NCBI GenBank assembly: GCA_023245155.1 | Contig: JAHFKV010000001.1 | Location: forward strand, 395,034 to 459,033 | Source: Candidatus Staskawiczbacteria bacterium | Lineage (GTDB): Bacteria > Patescibacteriota > Minisyncoccia > Minisyncoccales > Staskawiczbacteraceae | Length of the DNA stretch: 64,000 nucleotides | Reading direction: 5' to 3' | In this document: positions 1 to 8,953 of the stretch, in pieces | How the letters are laid out: each line of letters begins with the position of its first letter | Numbering within the stretch: position 1 is the stretch's first letter | Notes under the pieces: model-generated | Databases searched by the model: none | What the model was told of the DNA's origin: nothing | Seen by the model: only the letters and a program-made list of their open reading frames with translations | Position numbers and translations under genes: made by a program

Positions 1-1
1 C

Positions 2-307
2 TCGAAACTCGGGTATACGGTTCTTGGTATAAATTTGGCACTAATTTTAATATCAACTGTTGCTAATTTATTCTATGAACCGGGCTGGTTTGACTTTAGA
101 GATTTTGGATTTGCCATACTCTCATACCCGCTGATTATTTTTATACATTTCCAACCCGATCCAGAAATATTTTTTAAAAGAATTATTCTTTATCTAATTT
201 GTTTCGCTAATTTATCTATTATTACTTTTATTTTTGATTTGATTGGTCTAAGCTGCATAAAAATTTATAATTACACAAAAAATATAATAAATATTATTAA
301 AAAATAA
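2..307 (+). CDS. hypothetical small membrane protein, possibly 5'-truncated by the window edge
   Basis: ORF track 35..307 (TTG start). The same frame stays open back to nt 2. Very hydrophobic and AT-rich; no family recognised. Confidence 0.3.
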   Translation, partial: SKLGYTVLGINLALILISTVANLFYEPGWFDFRDFGFAILSYPLIIFIHFQPDPEIFFKRIILYLICFANLSIITFIFDLIGLSCIKIYNYTKNIINIIKK

Positions 308-311
308 AAAT

Positions 312-677
312 ATGCTGTCAAAAATACAAAAAATTGTGTTGTGGATCTTTGGTGCGATGTTTATCGTGCCGGAGGTACTTTGGAATCCAATCTTTAATTT
401 ATATTATGAATTTATTCAATCTGGCTATAGTACTAATGTTCAACCATTCAGAGATAATTTTCTCCAAAATTCTGATAATCTAGGTCATTTAAAATTCGTT
501 CTTTGTTTTCAATTTTTAGGCATAGCGCTTTTTTGGGTTTATTTTTTGATAAATAAGAAAAATATTAATTCTAGATTAGTATTCTGGATTGTCTTAATTG
601 TTGGCTTTTTGTTGTGTTGTGTAAGTTTTCTTGCCTTAGCATTCGCGCTCACGTTCAATCCTAGTTTCCCATTGTAA
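312..677 (+). CDS. hypothetical integral membrane protein
   Basis: ORF track 121 aa with several hydrophobic helices; no family recognised. Confidence 0.35.
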   Translation: MLSKIQKIVLWIFGAMFIVPEVLWNPIFNLYYEFIQSGYSTNVQPFRDNFLQNSDNLGHLKFVLCFQFLGIALFWVYFLINKKNINSRLVFWIVLIVGFLLCCVSFLALAFALTFNPSFPL

Positions 678-689
678 ACATAAAAATCT

Positions 690-3050
690 ATGAAAATTAA
701 AATACTCTCAATTTTTATTCTTGCTTCACTCATTACCCCTTCCTTCTCACAGGCACTCATTCTTCTTCCGACAGCTAACCTAACCATTATAATAAATACG
801 CAGGGCCAAGATAATTCTTTCATTTTTAATTTGAGTGACGGCGAGCAATTCACACTTCAAACAGATAATTTGTCTGCTTCACAAACGATAAGCGTAGTTG
901 CGTTTGGCAGTCAATATTCATTAAGCCAAGAAAGTGTTGATGGATTGAAAATTGGCAGCATTAATTGTGTAACTGATAATCAGAATGATAATATTTCCTA
1001 TGGAACAGACGCCGCATTCTTTTCACCAACTGTAGATGAAAATCTTACTTGTACGTTCAGCAATATAAAAGGGAGAACGCCGGTTTTGATTGTGCCAGGG
1101 TTAATGGGGACGGAATTAAAGAGTGGTAATGATTTATTGTGGGCAAATGTTTTTAATATGGTAATAAGTAGCGATGATAGTTTTATGGATCAACTAGCTT
1201 TTAACGGTGATCTAAAACCGAGTGACGGTAGTGTGTATTACGCAAATATCATTAAAAAAGTACCGCTATCAAACTATAGCGATGCTCTTATTGTTGAACT
1301 CCAATCCCAAGGTTACATCGAAAACCAAACGCTTTTTGTGTTTCCTTATGATTGGCGATTTGGGGTGACTGCAACATATGCCAATGGCAAAACTAATTCA
1401 GATTTATTGAAGGAAAAAATCCAAGATATTATGGCGCAAACTGGCTCGGATAAAGTGGATGTGGTGGCTCACAGTATGGGTGGATTGATTGTAAAAAAAT
1501 ATGTCATGGATAACGCTGTCGATAACTACATTGGTAAAGCCGTTTTTGTTGGTGTACCGGAACTTGGCGCAGTTAAAACAGTGAAAGCCTTATTATTAGG
1601 CGATAATTTTGATATTGATTTTAAGGGTTTTGGGTTGTCAGAAGCTGAAATTAAAAAGATTTCCGCCAACATGCCATCGGCCTATGATTTACTACCAAGC
1701 CAGCAATATTATGATGCCATGGGAAGTTTCGTAAGCGTTATCCAGCGGCAAAATTATACTTCTACTCAGAAAGATTTAAATTTCCAAGAATTTGAAAACT
1801 ATATGGCCGTTGACCACATTTTTAATCAACAAGCCTTGGTGAACTCTCAAAATTTACACACCAGCGCCTTTGATAATTTTGACATGCGCACGGCGGGAGT
1901 TGATGTGTATGCCATTGATGGTTGCAAAGCGGGCACGCTGGATAAGATTGTGGAAACCCGGCAAGAAACTCCACTGGGAAATATTACCGCCAAATACGAA
2001 ACCATAAAATTTAAGGATGGCGACGGTACAGTTCCCTTTAAAAGCGCGGCCAATTTACCAATTGACGCCAGCCACTTGTTTTATTCTCTGAATGGTGAGC
2101 ATGGAAAAATGTTAAGCCAAGACGGCAGTCGCCAAGAAATTGTGAATTTAATTTCAGGTAGTAGTTTAACTGTTTCCGATAAATCTATTACGCAAGACGT
2201 AAATAAATGCGGACTTAAAAAGGGAAAAGTAGTTGAAAAACACAGCCCAGTCAATATTTTGGCGGTTGACCAAACTGGCAATCAGTCTGGAGTAAAGCAA
2301 GATGGCAGTATCATTAATGATATCCCCAACGCTAGTTATGAAGCTTTTGGTGACCAAGGATATTTGTATTTGCCAACCGATGACGGTCAAACCTACGCCA
2401 TTACGATGCAGGGTACGGGCGCGGGAACGTATACGATAAAAACGGATGATATTCAGAATAACGAAACGGTAAAAACGCAAGTATTTAGTAATTTACCGGT
2501 AACCACCGACCTGACAGGTACGGTTAATCTGGGAACCGACGGAGCCAATGATTCTTTAACCGTCAAACAGAATGCAACCAATCAATCGGAAACTATTCTG
2601 CCCTCGCCTCCGGAAGTTATGATCCAATTTGACCCCGCAAAAAAAGATTTGGTATTTTCATCCTCTCGCGATGATGTTACGATTACTGACAACGACGACA
2701 CTATTACCTTAAAAGACCAAGCGGGGAATGTAACGGAGCTAAAACTAAAGGACAAGGACCGGAAAAAATCAATGTCGGCGGAAATAAAATCGCTAAAATA
2801 TAATGGAGTGACTGCTGACATTAGTAAAAATATCATGCAATATCGGTGGAAGTTGGATAAAAACAAGAATATGACGGATTTGACACAGCACGTAAAATCA
2901 AGGAAAGAATATAACGTAAACGCCGATTTTGACGGCAAAAATACCGTGTTTGAGGGCAAGGACGCTACGGGGAAAATCAAAAAATCGGTGGTGGGATTAA
3001 AAATTATTACCATTACCACCAACAAAGGAGACTTTACTTGGAGTTATTAA
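690..3050 (+). CDS. secreted LCAT/PGAP1-like alpha/beta-hydrolase (lipase/acyltransferase) with a long C-terminal extension
   Basis: N-terminal signal-like hydrophobic segment. Motifs PVLIVPGLMGTELK, FPYDWRF and the nucleophile elbow VVAHSMGG match lecithin:cholesterol-acyltransferase-like lipases. Confidence 0.6.
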   Translation: MKIKILSIFILASLITPSFSQALILLPTANLTIIINTQGQDNSFIFNLSDGEQFTLQTDNLSASQTISVVAFGSQYSLSQESVDGLKIGSINCVTDNQNDNISYGTDAAFFSPTVDENLTCTFSNIKGRTPVLIVPGLMGTELKSGNDLLWANVFNMVISSDDSFMDQLAFNGDLKPSDGSVYYANIIKKVPLSNYSDALIVELQSQGYIENQTLFVFPYDWRFGVTATYANGKTNSDLLKEKIQDIMAQTGSDKVDVVAHSMGGLIVKKYVMDNAVDNYIGKAVFVGVPELGAVKTVKALLLGDNFDIDFKGFGLSEAEIKKISANMPSAYDLLPSQQYYDAMGSFVSVIQRQNYTSTQKDLNFQEFENYMAVDHIFNQQALVNSQNLHTSAFDNFDMRTAGVDVYAIDGCKAGTLDKIVETRQETPLGNITAKYETIKFKDGDGTVPFKSAANLPIDASHLFYSLNGEHGKMLSQDGSRQEIVNLISGSSLTVSDKSITQDVNKCGLKKGKVVEKHSPVNILAVDQTGNQSGVKQDGSIINDIPNASYEAFGDQGYLYLPTDDGQTYAITMQGTGAGTYTIKTDDIQNNETVKTQVFSNLPVTTDLTGTVNLGTDGANDSLTVKQNATNQSETILPSPPEVMIQFDPAKKDLVFSSSRDDVTITDNDDTITLKDQAGNVTELKLKDKDRKKSMSAEIKSLKYNGVTADISKNIMQYRWKLDKNKNMTDLTQHVKSRKEYNVNADFDGKNTVFEGKDATGKIKKSVVGLKIITITTNKGDFTWSY

Positions 3051-3053
3051 AAC

Positions 3054-3686
3054 ATGTTTAGAAACAAAAAATCTATTATTGATGAGGCAAACATATCCAC
3101 TGCCCGGCTGGAAGCTTTAACTGATTCTATCTTCGCGGTGGCTATGACATTGTTGATTTTGGATGTGCATTTGCCCGTGATTACTGGAACAATTTCTTCA
3201 GATTCGTTGTGGCAAGGGTTGCTTGCCATTTTACCAAAACTGCTTTCCTTTGCGATTAGTTTTATTATTTTGGGAATGTTTTGGGTGGCGCATCACACCG
3301 AATTTCACTACATTGAAAAGCTGGACCACAAAATTATCTGGCTCAATATTTTTTATTTGCTGTTTGTTTGTGCGGTGCCGTTTTCGGCTGGGCTTCTGGG
3401 AAGCTATGCTGACAATCAAGTTGCGATTATCGTGTATGGATTTAATTTGATGATTTTAGTGCTGATTCACTTTGCCATGTGGCAGCACGCCAGTGAACAT
3501 AAAGATTTGATGGTCAAAGATTTGGATGTAAGGATTAATAAGCTGGTCAGTCGCATGACTTTTTTTGCTGTTGTGGGATATTTGGCCGCTATTCTTTTTT
3601 CTTTTTGGAGCAGGGAAGCGGCGTTGATTATTTACGCCATTGTTCCCTTGCCATATATTTTTGGCTGGACTTACAAATTAGTATGA
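3054..3686 (+). CDS. DUF1211 / TMEM175-like potassium channel family membrane protein
   Basis: N-terminal RLEALTDSIFAVAMTLLILD motif (the RxxxFSD-type helix-1 signature of DUF1211) and about 6 TM helices. Confidence 0.6.
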   Translation: MFRNKKSIIDEANISTARLEALTDSIFAVAMTLLILDVHLPVITGTISSDSLWQGLLAILPKLLSFAISFIILGMFWVAHHTEFHYIEKLDHKIIWLNIFYLLFVCAVPFSAGLLGSYADNQVAIIVYGFNLMILVLIHFAMWQHASEHKDLMVKDLDVRINKLVSRMTFFAVVGYLAAILFSFWSREAALIIYAIVPLPYIFGWTYKLV

Positions 3687-5092
3687 AAATAACTTTTTAC
3701 GGGGCGGCGCAGGGGGTGACGGGATCAAAACATCTGATAGAAACAGCAGGTGGCTTTAAGTTGCTTTTGGATTGCGGTATGCACCAGGGAAAGCGTTCCG
3801 AAGCCAATGCTTTAAATGCGAAATTACCTTTTAATGCGGCTAGTGTGGATGCGGTTATACTATCTCACGCTCATGCGGACCACTGCGGAATGTTACCCAT
3901 TTTGGTACGCGACGGTTTTAAGGGTAAAATTTACTGCACTGCCGCTACGGCTGACATTGCCAAGTTTATTTTAGAAGACACCGCTGGTATCCAAGAAAAC
4001 GATGCGAGGTATTTTAACAAGCATCGCTTGCCCGACCAAACGCTAATTGAACCGCTTTATACTGACCGTGATGTGAAAAAAGTGTATGGGCATTTTGAGC
4101 CTGTGCCGTATTTTAGATTAAGCCAACAATGGACACAACTAAGCCCACAAATTAGATTTAAATTTTATGACGCCGGACATATTTTGGGATCGGCTGTAAC
4201 TTTGCTGGAAATAAAAGACGGGGAACAAATTAAAAATTTAGTTTTCACTGGTGACTTAGGCCGGGATTTTTTGCCCATTTTGCGTGACCCGGAATTTGTT
4301 CAAGAGCCGGCAGAAACAATCATTATGGAAGCTACCTACGGAAACAGAATTCACCGGCCGGTAACAGATTTGGAAATTGATTTAAAGCAGATTATTAATG
4401 AGGCTGTAGCAAAAAAATCGAAAATTATTGTGCCGGCGTTTTCGTTGGGAAGGACGCAGGAATTGCTGTATATGTTGCACAAGCTGTTGGACAAAAAAGA
4501 AATTCCAAGCCTGCCCATTTTTGTGGACAGCCCGTTGAGCCAGAAAATTACTCGTGTGTTTGGCACGTACACATCAGATTTTGATGAGGATTTTTGGAAA
4601 GATTTTGGAGAAAAGGGCGAAAAAGCATTTATGTTTAACGCTTTGACGATAACCCACTCCATTGAAGAGTCTCAAAAAATTAATGATATGCAGGGGCCGC
4701 TGGTGGTGATTGCGGGAAGCGGGATGTGCGAGGGCGGAAGAATCTTACACCACTTAAAAAATAACATACAAGACCCCAATAATATTGTTTTAATTACCGG
4801 ATATCAGGCAGAGGGTACGCTGGGGAGAAAGTTGGTTGAAGGAATGAGTTCGGTAAAAATTTTTGGCCAAGAATACCAAATTAAAGCCCAGGTAAAAATT
4901 TTAAATGAACTTTCGGCGCATGCTGACCAAAAAGATTTATTAAATTACGTGGCGCACGTGCAGGGTCTTCAAAAAATATTTTTAGTACACACTGAAATGC
5001 CGCAGGCCGAAGGCTTTAAGGAAGCCGTTTTATTGGCGCATCCGAGCCTTTCCGTTGAAATCCCAATTCTTGGTCAAGGATTTGAAGTTTGA
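3683..5092 (+). CDS. metallo-beta-lactamase / beta-CASP family ribonuclease
   Basis: MKITFYGAAQGVTGS start and HxHxDH motif (SHAHADHCG), with a beta-CASP-like C-terminal half. The ATG at 3683 overlaps the upstream stop (ATGA); the 3605 start in the ORF track is likely a spurious extension. Confidence 0.75.
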   Translation: MKITFYGAAQGVTGSKHLIETAGGFKLLLDCGMHQGKRSEANALNAKLPFNAASVDAVILSHAHADHCGMLPILVRDGFKGKIYCTAATADIAKFILEDTAGIQENDARYFNKHRLPDQTLIEPLYTDRDVKKVYGHFEPVPYFRLSQQWTQLSPQIRFKFYDAGHILGSAVTLLEIKDGEQIKNLVFTGDLGRDFLPILRDPEFVQEPAETIIMEATYGNRIHRPVTDLEIDLKQIINEAVAKKSKIIVPAFSLGRTQELLYMLHKLLDKKEIPSLPIFVDSPLSQKITRVFGTYTSDFDEDFWKDFGEKGEKAFMFNALTITHSIEESQKINDMQGPLVVIAGSGMCEGGRILHHLKNNIQDPNNIVLITGYQAEGTLGRKLVEGMSSVKIFGQEYQIKAQVKILNELSAHADQKDLLNYVAHVQGLQKIFLVHTEMPQAEGFKEAVLLAHPSLSVEIPILGQGFEV

Positions 5093-5200
5093 CGCATTAC
5101 AAATAAAGTGCTAAAGTACTGGCAATTCTTCATTTGCTCGACAAACGTCGGCTGAAGGATAAGAAACCATTTTGTGGACGAAAGTCCCGAGGAGTCCAAA

Positions 5201-5680
5201 GTGAAGCGTAAAGAAAGGGAAAAGGAAATCCGGACGCTCCTGGGTCTGGACCTAGGCCAAGTCAATGCTCTCTTTGCGGCCGTCGCAGAGATCAACGAGT
5301 TGCTTGGTCAGTATGTCATGGAGCACATGGGTGGCCAAGATGACCCCGATTCTTGGCGGGTCTACAAAGGGGTGATTTTTAAGGGGAACCCGTGCTCCTT
5401 TTTCATCAGGTCGGAGGAAATGCCTGAATCTCCTGTCTTGGTGAAAAAACAGGAGCTGCAAAAGGATGGCACGTTCCTTTTTCAGCTGATCATTGATGTG
5501 GGCCTAGACCCATGGGTTGCTTATGGCAACTCACAAGAAGAGCTCGCGGCTCTCCTTAGGGACACCACCGAACCCAAGGGTGGGCGCTTGTCGATTTATC
5601 CGGCCATCAACTCGCGTATCCAGGCGGCGCAAGGGATTATCTCTGTCCTTGAACCCCTGTACGTTGTGCTTCAAGATTAG
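5201..5680 (+). CDS. hypothetical protein in a GC-rich unit
   Basis: ORF track 5174..5680. The GTG at 5201 is preceded by GAGGAG plus 6 nt. GC is visibly higher than the flanks, and a strong terminator follows. No family recognised. Confidence 0.4.
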   Translation: MKRKEREKEIRTLLGLDLGQVNALFAAVAEINELLGQYVMEHMGGQDDPDSWRVYKGVIFKGNPCSFFIRSEEMPESPVLVKKQELQKDGTFLFQLIIDVGLDPWVAYGNSQEELAALLRDTTEPKGGRLSIYPAINSRIQAAQGIISVLEPLYVVLQD

Positions 5681-5702
5681 GGTGGCGACACTCCAATCTG
5701 CA

Positions 5703-5735
5703 AGCTATCGGTAAAGTCCCACCGATAGCTTTTTT
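5703..5735 (+). terminator. intrinsic terminator
   Basis: 10-bp stem AGCTATCGGT/ACCGATAGCT with an 8-nt loop and a T-run. Confidence 0.7.
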
Positions 5736-5826
5736 CTTGGCTCTTGACTTCTAGAATGCTATCGGCTAGGATGAGGGTAACAAGAAAAACGGCCCGGAAG
5801 GGCTTTTTAAAAACCGGAAAATCGGT

Positions 5827-5841
5827 TACTATATAACTATG
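5827..5841 (+). promoter_or_regulatory. -10 box TACTAT placed 6 nt before the secE ATG (leaderless-mRNA candidate)
   Basis: TACTAT (5827-5832), then ataact, then ATG at 5839. No SD. Confidence 0.35.
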
Positions 5842-6033
5842 AGCGTTGTACAAAAAACCCAAACGTTTTTTAAGGAAGTGTATATTGAACTGCGCAAGGT
5901 GAATTGGTTAACCCGCAGCGAAGTTTTACGCTACACTATTATTGTATTAGTAGTTACCATTGTGGTGGCAGCTTTTTTAGGTGGGTTAGATTACCTGTTT
6001 TCAACTGGAATTCAAAAGTTTATAATCAAGTAA
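5839..6033 (+). CDS. secE: preprotein translocase subunit SecE
   Basis: 64 aa with one C-terminal TM helix and KEVYIELRKVNW, typical of SecE. Sits directly upstream of nusG. Confidence 0.8.
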   Translation: MSVVQKTQTFFKEVYIELRKVNWLTRSEVLRYTIIVLVVTIVVAAFLGGLDYLFSTGIQKFIIK

Positions 6034-6034
6034 C

Positions 6035-6583
6035 ATGGCTAAACAACTTATTGAACAATCAAAAAATTGGTACGTGATTCACACGTATTCGGGCTATGAA
6101 GATGCCGTGGCCAAGAATTTAAAGCAAAGAATTGAAAGTCTGAACATGGAGGGCAAGATTTTCAATGTGATTGTTCCCAAAGAAAAAAAGGTGAAGATTA
6201 AAAATGGCAAGCGCAAAACCGTGGAAGAAAAGATTTTTCCCGGATATGTACTGGTGGAAATGATTGTGGATGACGAAAGCTGGTATGTAGTGCGCAACAC
6301 GCCGCGGGTAACCGGATTTTTGGGGGCCGGAACCACGCCCATCCCCGTTTCCGAAAAAGACATGGCCGATTTGATGAAAAGGATGGAAGCCGGTGAGCCA
6401 GAATTCCAGATTGATTTTGAAGTGGGCGTTGCGGTAAAAATCATGGATGGACCATTTAAAGGGTTTGAAGGAAATGTTTCAGAAATTGACCAAGCGCGGG
6501 GTAAAATTAAGGTGCTGGTGAATATGTTTGGCAGAGACACACCCGTGGAATTAGATTCATTACAAATTAAGAAAGTAACATAA
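6035..6583 (+). CDS. nusG: transcription termination/antitermination factor NusG
   Basis: WYVIHTYSGYE NGN domain start, a C-terminal KOW region, and secE-nusG-rplK synteny. Confidence 0.9.
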   Translation: MAKQLIEQSKNWYVIHTYSGYEDAVAKNLKQRIESLNMEGKIFNVIVPKEKKVKIKNGKRKTVEEKIFPGYVLVEMIVDDESWYVVRNTPRVTGFLGAGTTPIPVSEKDMADLMKRMEAGEPEFQIDFEVGVAVKIMDGPFKGFEGNVSEIDQARGKIKVLVNMFGRDTPVELDSLQIKKVT

Positions 6584-6589
6584 AATAAC

Positions 6590-6689
6590 GAATAAGGTGT
6601 CGCAATGAAAATCAGGTTCAGCAGTAACGGTAGATAGAAATTTCAACCTGATTTTCAAAGTGAATTTCTCACTTCGTTCAAAATTCATG
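6590..6689 (+). promoter_or_regulatory. conserved two-hairpin 5' leader, copy 1 of 5 (upstream of rplK)
   Basis: GAATAAGGTGTCGCAA box. Hairpin 1 is TGAAAATCAGGTT (6606-6618) / AACCTGATTTTCA (6645-6657), followed by an AA spacer. Hairpin 2 is GTGAATTT (6660-6667) / AAATTCAT (6681-6688). The element ends at ATG 6687-6689. Confidence 0.8.
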
Positions 6690-7112
6690 GCAAAAGAAAT
6701 TAAGGTTATTGTGAAGGTGCAAATTTCAGCAGGAAAAGCCAATCCAGCGCCACCGATTGGTCCGGCTTTGGCTCCGCATGGATTAAATATTGCCGAGTTT
6801 TGCAAACAGTTTAACGATTTGACCAAGGATAAAATGGGAAACATTATTCCCGCCGAAGTTACCATTTACAAAGACCGAAGCTTTTCTATTAAGTTAAAAA
6901 CTCCTTTGGCAGCTGCACTTATTCGCAAGGCCGCCGGCGTAGAAAAGGGAAGCGGAGAACCGAATAAAAAGATTGTCGGGAAAATTACTAAAGCACAACT
7001 ACGCGAAATTGCAGAAATAAAAATGCCCGATTTAAACACGACCGATATTGACCAAGCGATGAAAATCATTGCTGGAACGGCCAAGAATAGTGGCATTGAG
7101 GTTAAAGGATAA
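6687..7112 (+). CDS. rplK: 50S ribosomal protein L11
   Basis: [32 protein letters not shown] is canonical L11. The 6660 GTG start in the ORF track lies inside the leader. Confidence 0.9.
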   Translation: MAKEIKVIVKVQISAGKANPAPPIGPALAPHGLNIAEFCKQFNDLTKDKMGNIIPAEVTIYKDRSFSIKLKTPLAAALIRKAAGVEKGSGEPNKKIVGKITKAQLREIAEIKMPDLNTTDIDQAMKIIAGTAKNSGIEVKG

Positions 7113-7121
7113 CGTTTTTCT

Positions 7122-7150
7122 AAAGGCGGCGCCCGTGGGCGCCGCCTTTT
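7122..7150. terminator. intrinsic terminator after rplK (A-run / T-run on both sides)
   Basis: GGCGGCGCC(C)/(G)GGCGCCGCC stem followed by TTTT. Confidence 0.75.
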
Positions 7151-7233
7151 AGTTGACTAACATATGTAAAAGTAATAGTCTGAATTTGGAATTACTAACA
7201 TCCAAAGTTCTTTTTCATGGAAAGAGGTGGAAA

Positions 7234-7886
7234 GTGGGAAGACCGCGACTTGCTATTTTCGCCTCTGGAACAGAAATAGAGGGTGGTTCTGGTGCTCGGG
7301 GCTTGGTGGTTGCCTCTCAAAAAGGCGTGCTTCTTGCTGACATTGCCGTGGTGGTTTCAAACCATGCCACTGGTGGGGTTTGCCAGATGGCGGATCAGTT
7401 GGGAGTTCCGTTTGTGCATTTTACCAAACCCCGGACCGCCGAAAGACACCAGGCGATTATTCGCCAGTATTCAGCTGATTTTGTCGCTCTTTCTGGATGT
7501 TTGTGGTTGGTTGAGGGATTGAATCCGCGACAACTTTCAACATTCATCCGGGTCCGTTACCGCGATTTGGTGGCAAAGGAATGCATGGTCGCCATGTTCA
7601 TGAGGCCGTACTTACCGCTTACAAGAGGGGCGAAATTACCAGTTCGGCGGTGACGATGCACTTTGTCACGCCACAGTACGATGAAGGCCCGGTTTTCTTT
7701 CATCTGCCTGTGCCAATCCTGCCAAGCGATACGGCTGAGACCTTGGGTAAGCGGGTGAATCAAGCGGAGCATCTGTTCCAACCACTCATTACTGACTGGG
7801 TAGTTCGAGGTATTATTTCGTGGGACGGAAAGAATAAAGATTCGCTTCGCGTTCCCGACAGGTACCGATGGCTTCCCAAGTCATAG
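7234..7886 (+). pseudogene. purN: PurN-like phosphoribosylglycinamide formyltransferase, frameshifted (GC-rich unit)
   Basis: The N-terminal half is in frame 1 (RLAIFASG...VVVSN...FVALSG). The C-terminal half is in frame 3 (NIHPGPLPRFGGKGMHGRHVHEAVL...). Twenty nt separate the last frame-1 homologous codon (7516-7518) from the N of NIHP (7539), implying a 1-nt loss or 2-nt gain in 7519-7538. The GTG at 7234 follows AGAGGTGG. Confidence 0.6.
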
Positions 7887-7895
7887 TAAAAAACA

Positions 7896-7929
7896 AGGTC
7901 CGATGGTGTTACTACCCTCGGATCTTTTA
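7896..7929 (+). terminator. intrinsic terminator after the purN-like unit
   Basis: AGGTCCGA/TCGGATCT stem (one G-U pair) with a T-run. Confidence 0.5.
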
Positions 7930-7998
7930 TTAATAATAGTTGTTGCATTTTAATGTTAGAATGAGTAGAATACAGGAACTAATTAATAATTGAAAACC

Positions 7999-8595
7999 AT
8001 GATTCTCTCCGATAAAGACATTAAAAAAGCGCTCAAGACTGGGAAAATTGGGGTGACGCCACTGTTTCCAAATTCTATTCAACCGGCGTCCATTGACGTG
8101 CACTTGGGCGCAGATTTTTTGGTATTTAAAAATACGGACAATGTTTGCATTGATCCCAAAGAGCCGATCGACGATATGATGGAAGCAACAACTATTAACG
8201 ATAAGCGCCAATTTATTTTGCATCCGGGTGAGTTTGCGCTGGGTATGACCTATGAAACGGTGGCCGTGCCGCATGACATGGTAGTGCAGTTAAATGGAAA
8301 GTCGTCATTGGGTAGGATTGGTTTGATTGTGCATGCAACGGCTGGTTACGTTGATCCAGGTAACACTCTGAAAATCACTTTGGAATTACATAATTTGGCG
8401 AATTTACCGATTAAACTATATTATAAAATGCCCATTGCCCAAGTGGTGTTTGTAAAGTTGACTGGTATGGTGGATGTGCCATACGGCAAAAAAAGCTTAA
8501 ATAGTAAATATTTTGGTAGTATGAAACCTATTGCCAGTCAGTATCACAAAAACTTCACCAAAAATAACGAATGGATTAAGTTTAAGAAAAAATAA
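7999..8595 (+). CDS. dcd: dCTP deaminase
   Basis: MILSDKDIKKALKTGKI...IQPASIDVHLG and GKSSLGRIGL motifs. The ATG at 7999 is preferred over the TTG at 7990. Confidence 0.85.
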   Translation: MILSDKDIKKALKTGKIGVTPLFPNSIQPASIDVHLGADFLVFKNTDNVCIDPKEPIDDMMEATTINDKRQFILHPGEFALGMTYETVAVPHDMVVQLNGKSSLGRIGLIVHATAGYVDPGNTLKITLELHNLANLPIKLYYKMPIAQVVFVKLTGMVDVPYGKKSLNSKYFGSMKPIASQYHKNFTKNNEWIKFKKK

Positions 8596-8596
8596 T

Positions 8597-8953
8597 ATGC
8601 CAGAAGAATTTTTAAAAAAGTACCAAGAAAACTGCACTAAAACCGCACAGTTTTTTGAAAACAAAAAACAAGAAATTTTGTCGTTAGGATTGGGCATTGC
8701 CGGGGAAGCCGGAGATGTGGCTAGTTGTATTAAAAAAACGTTTATCCACGACAATGACCAGACAACCGGTATTAAAGAAAATGTGGGAGATACGATGTGG
8801 TATATGGCAATGATTTGTAATTATTTTGGGTGGTCACTGGAAGATGTATTAAATGAGAATATAGAAAAGTTAAAGAAACGATACCCTGGCGGATTCACTA
8901 AGAAAGATGCGGGTAGAAATAATACTAAAATTGATTGGAATGAAAAAAGGTAA
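8597..8953 (+). CDS. MazG-like nucleoside triphosphate pyrophosphohydrolase
   Basis: GLGIAGEAGDVA...GDTMWY...KLKKRY is the pattern of small all-alpha MazG NTP-PPases. The ATG at 8597 comes right after the dcd stop. Confidence 0.65.
   Translation: MPEEFLKKYQENCTKTAQFFENKKQEILSLGLGIAGEAGDVASCIKKTFIHDNDQTTGIKENVGDTMWYMAMICNYFGWSLEDVLNENIEKLKKRYPGGFTKKDAGRNNTKIDWNEKR

Noticed and set aside
3605-3682. Upstream 26-codon extension of the beta-CASP nuclease ORF
   Set aside because: It overlaps the end of the DUF1211 gene. The family N-terminus (MKITFYGAA...) starts at 3683 with an ATGA stop-start overlap.
6094-6540. Long antisense ORFs opposite well-supported genes (for example 6094-6540, 26468-26866, 32546-33241, 39161-39646, 40910-41491, 52412-52960, 62888-63442)
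   Set aside because: These are shadow ORFs on the complementary strand of conserved genes. They have low-complexity or atypical composition and no start context.
6660-6686. ORF-track N-terminal extensions MNFSLRSKF / MNLFASLHKF on L11, L10, L21 and MraZ taken as real coding sequence
   Set aside because: The canonical protein N-termini begin at the downstream ATG. The extension is out of frame in the rpsP copy and phase-shifted in the mraZ copy, while the nucleotides stay conserved. I treated it as part of the RNA leader; the residual uncertainty is reported as a finding.
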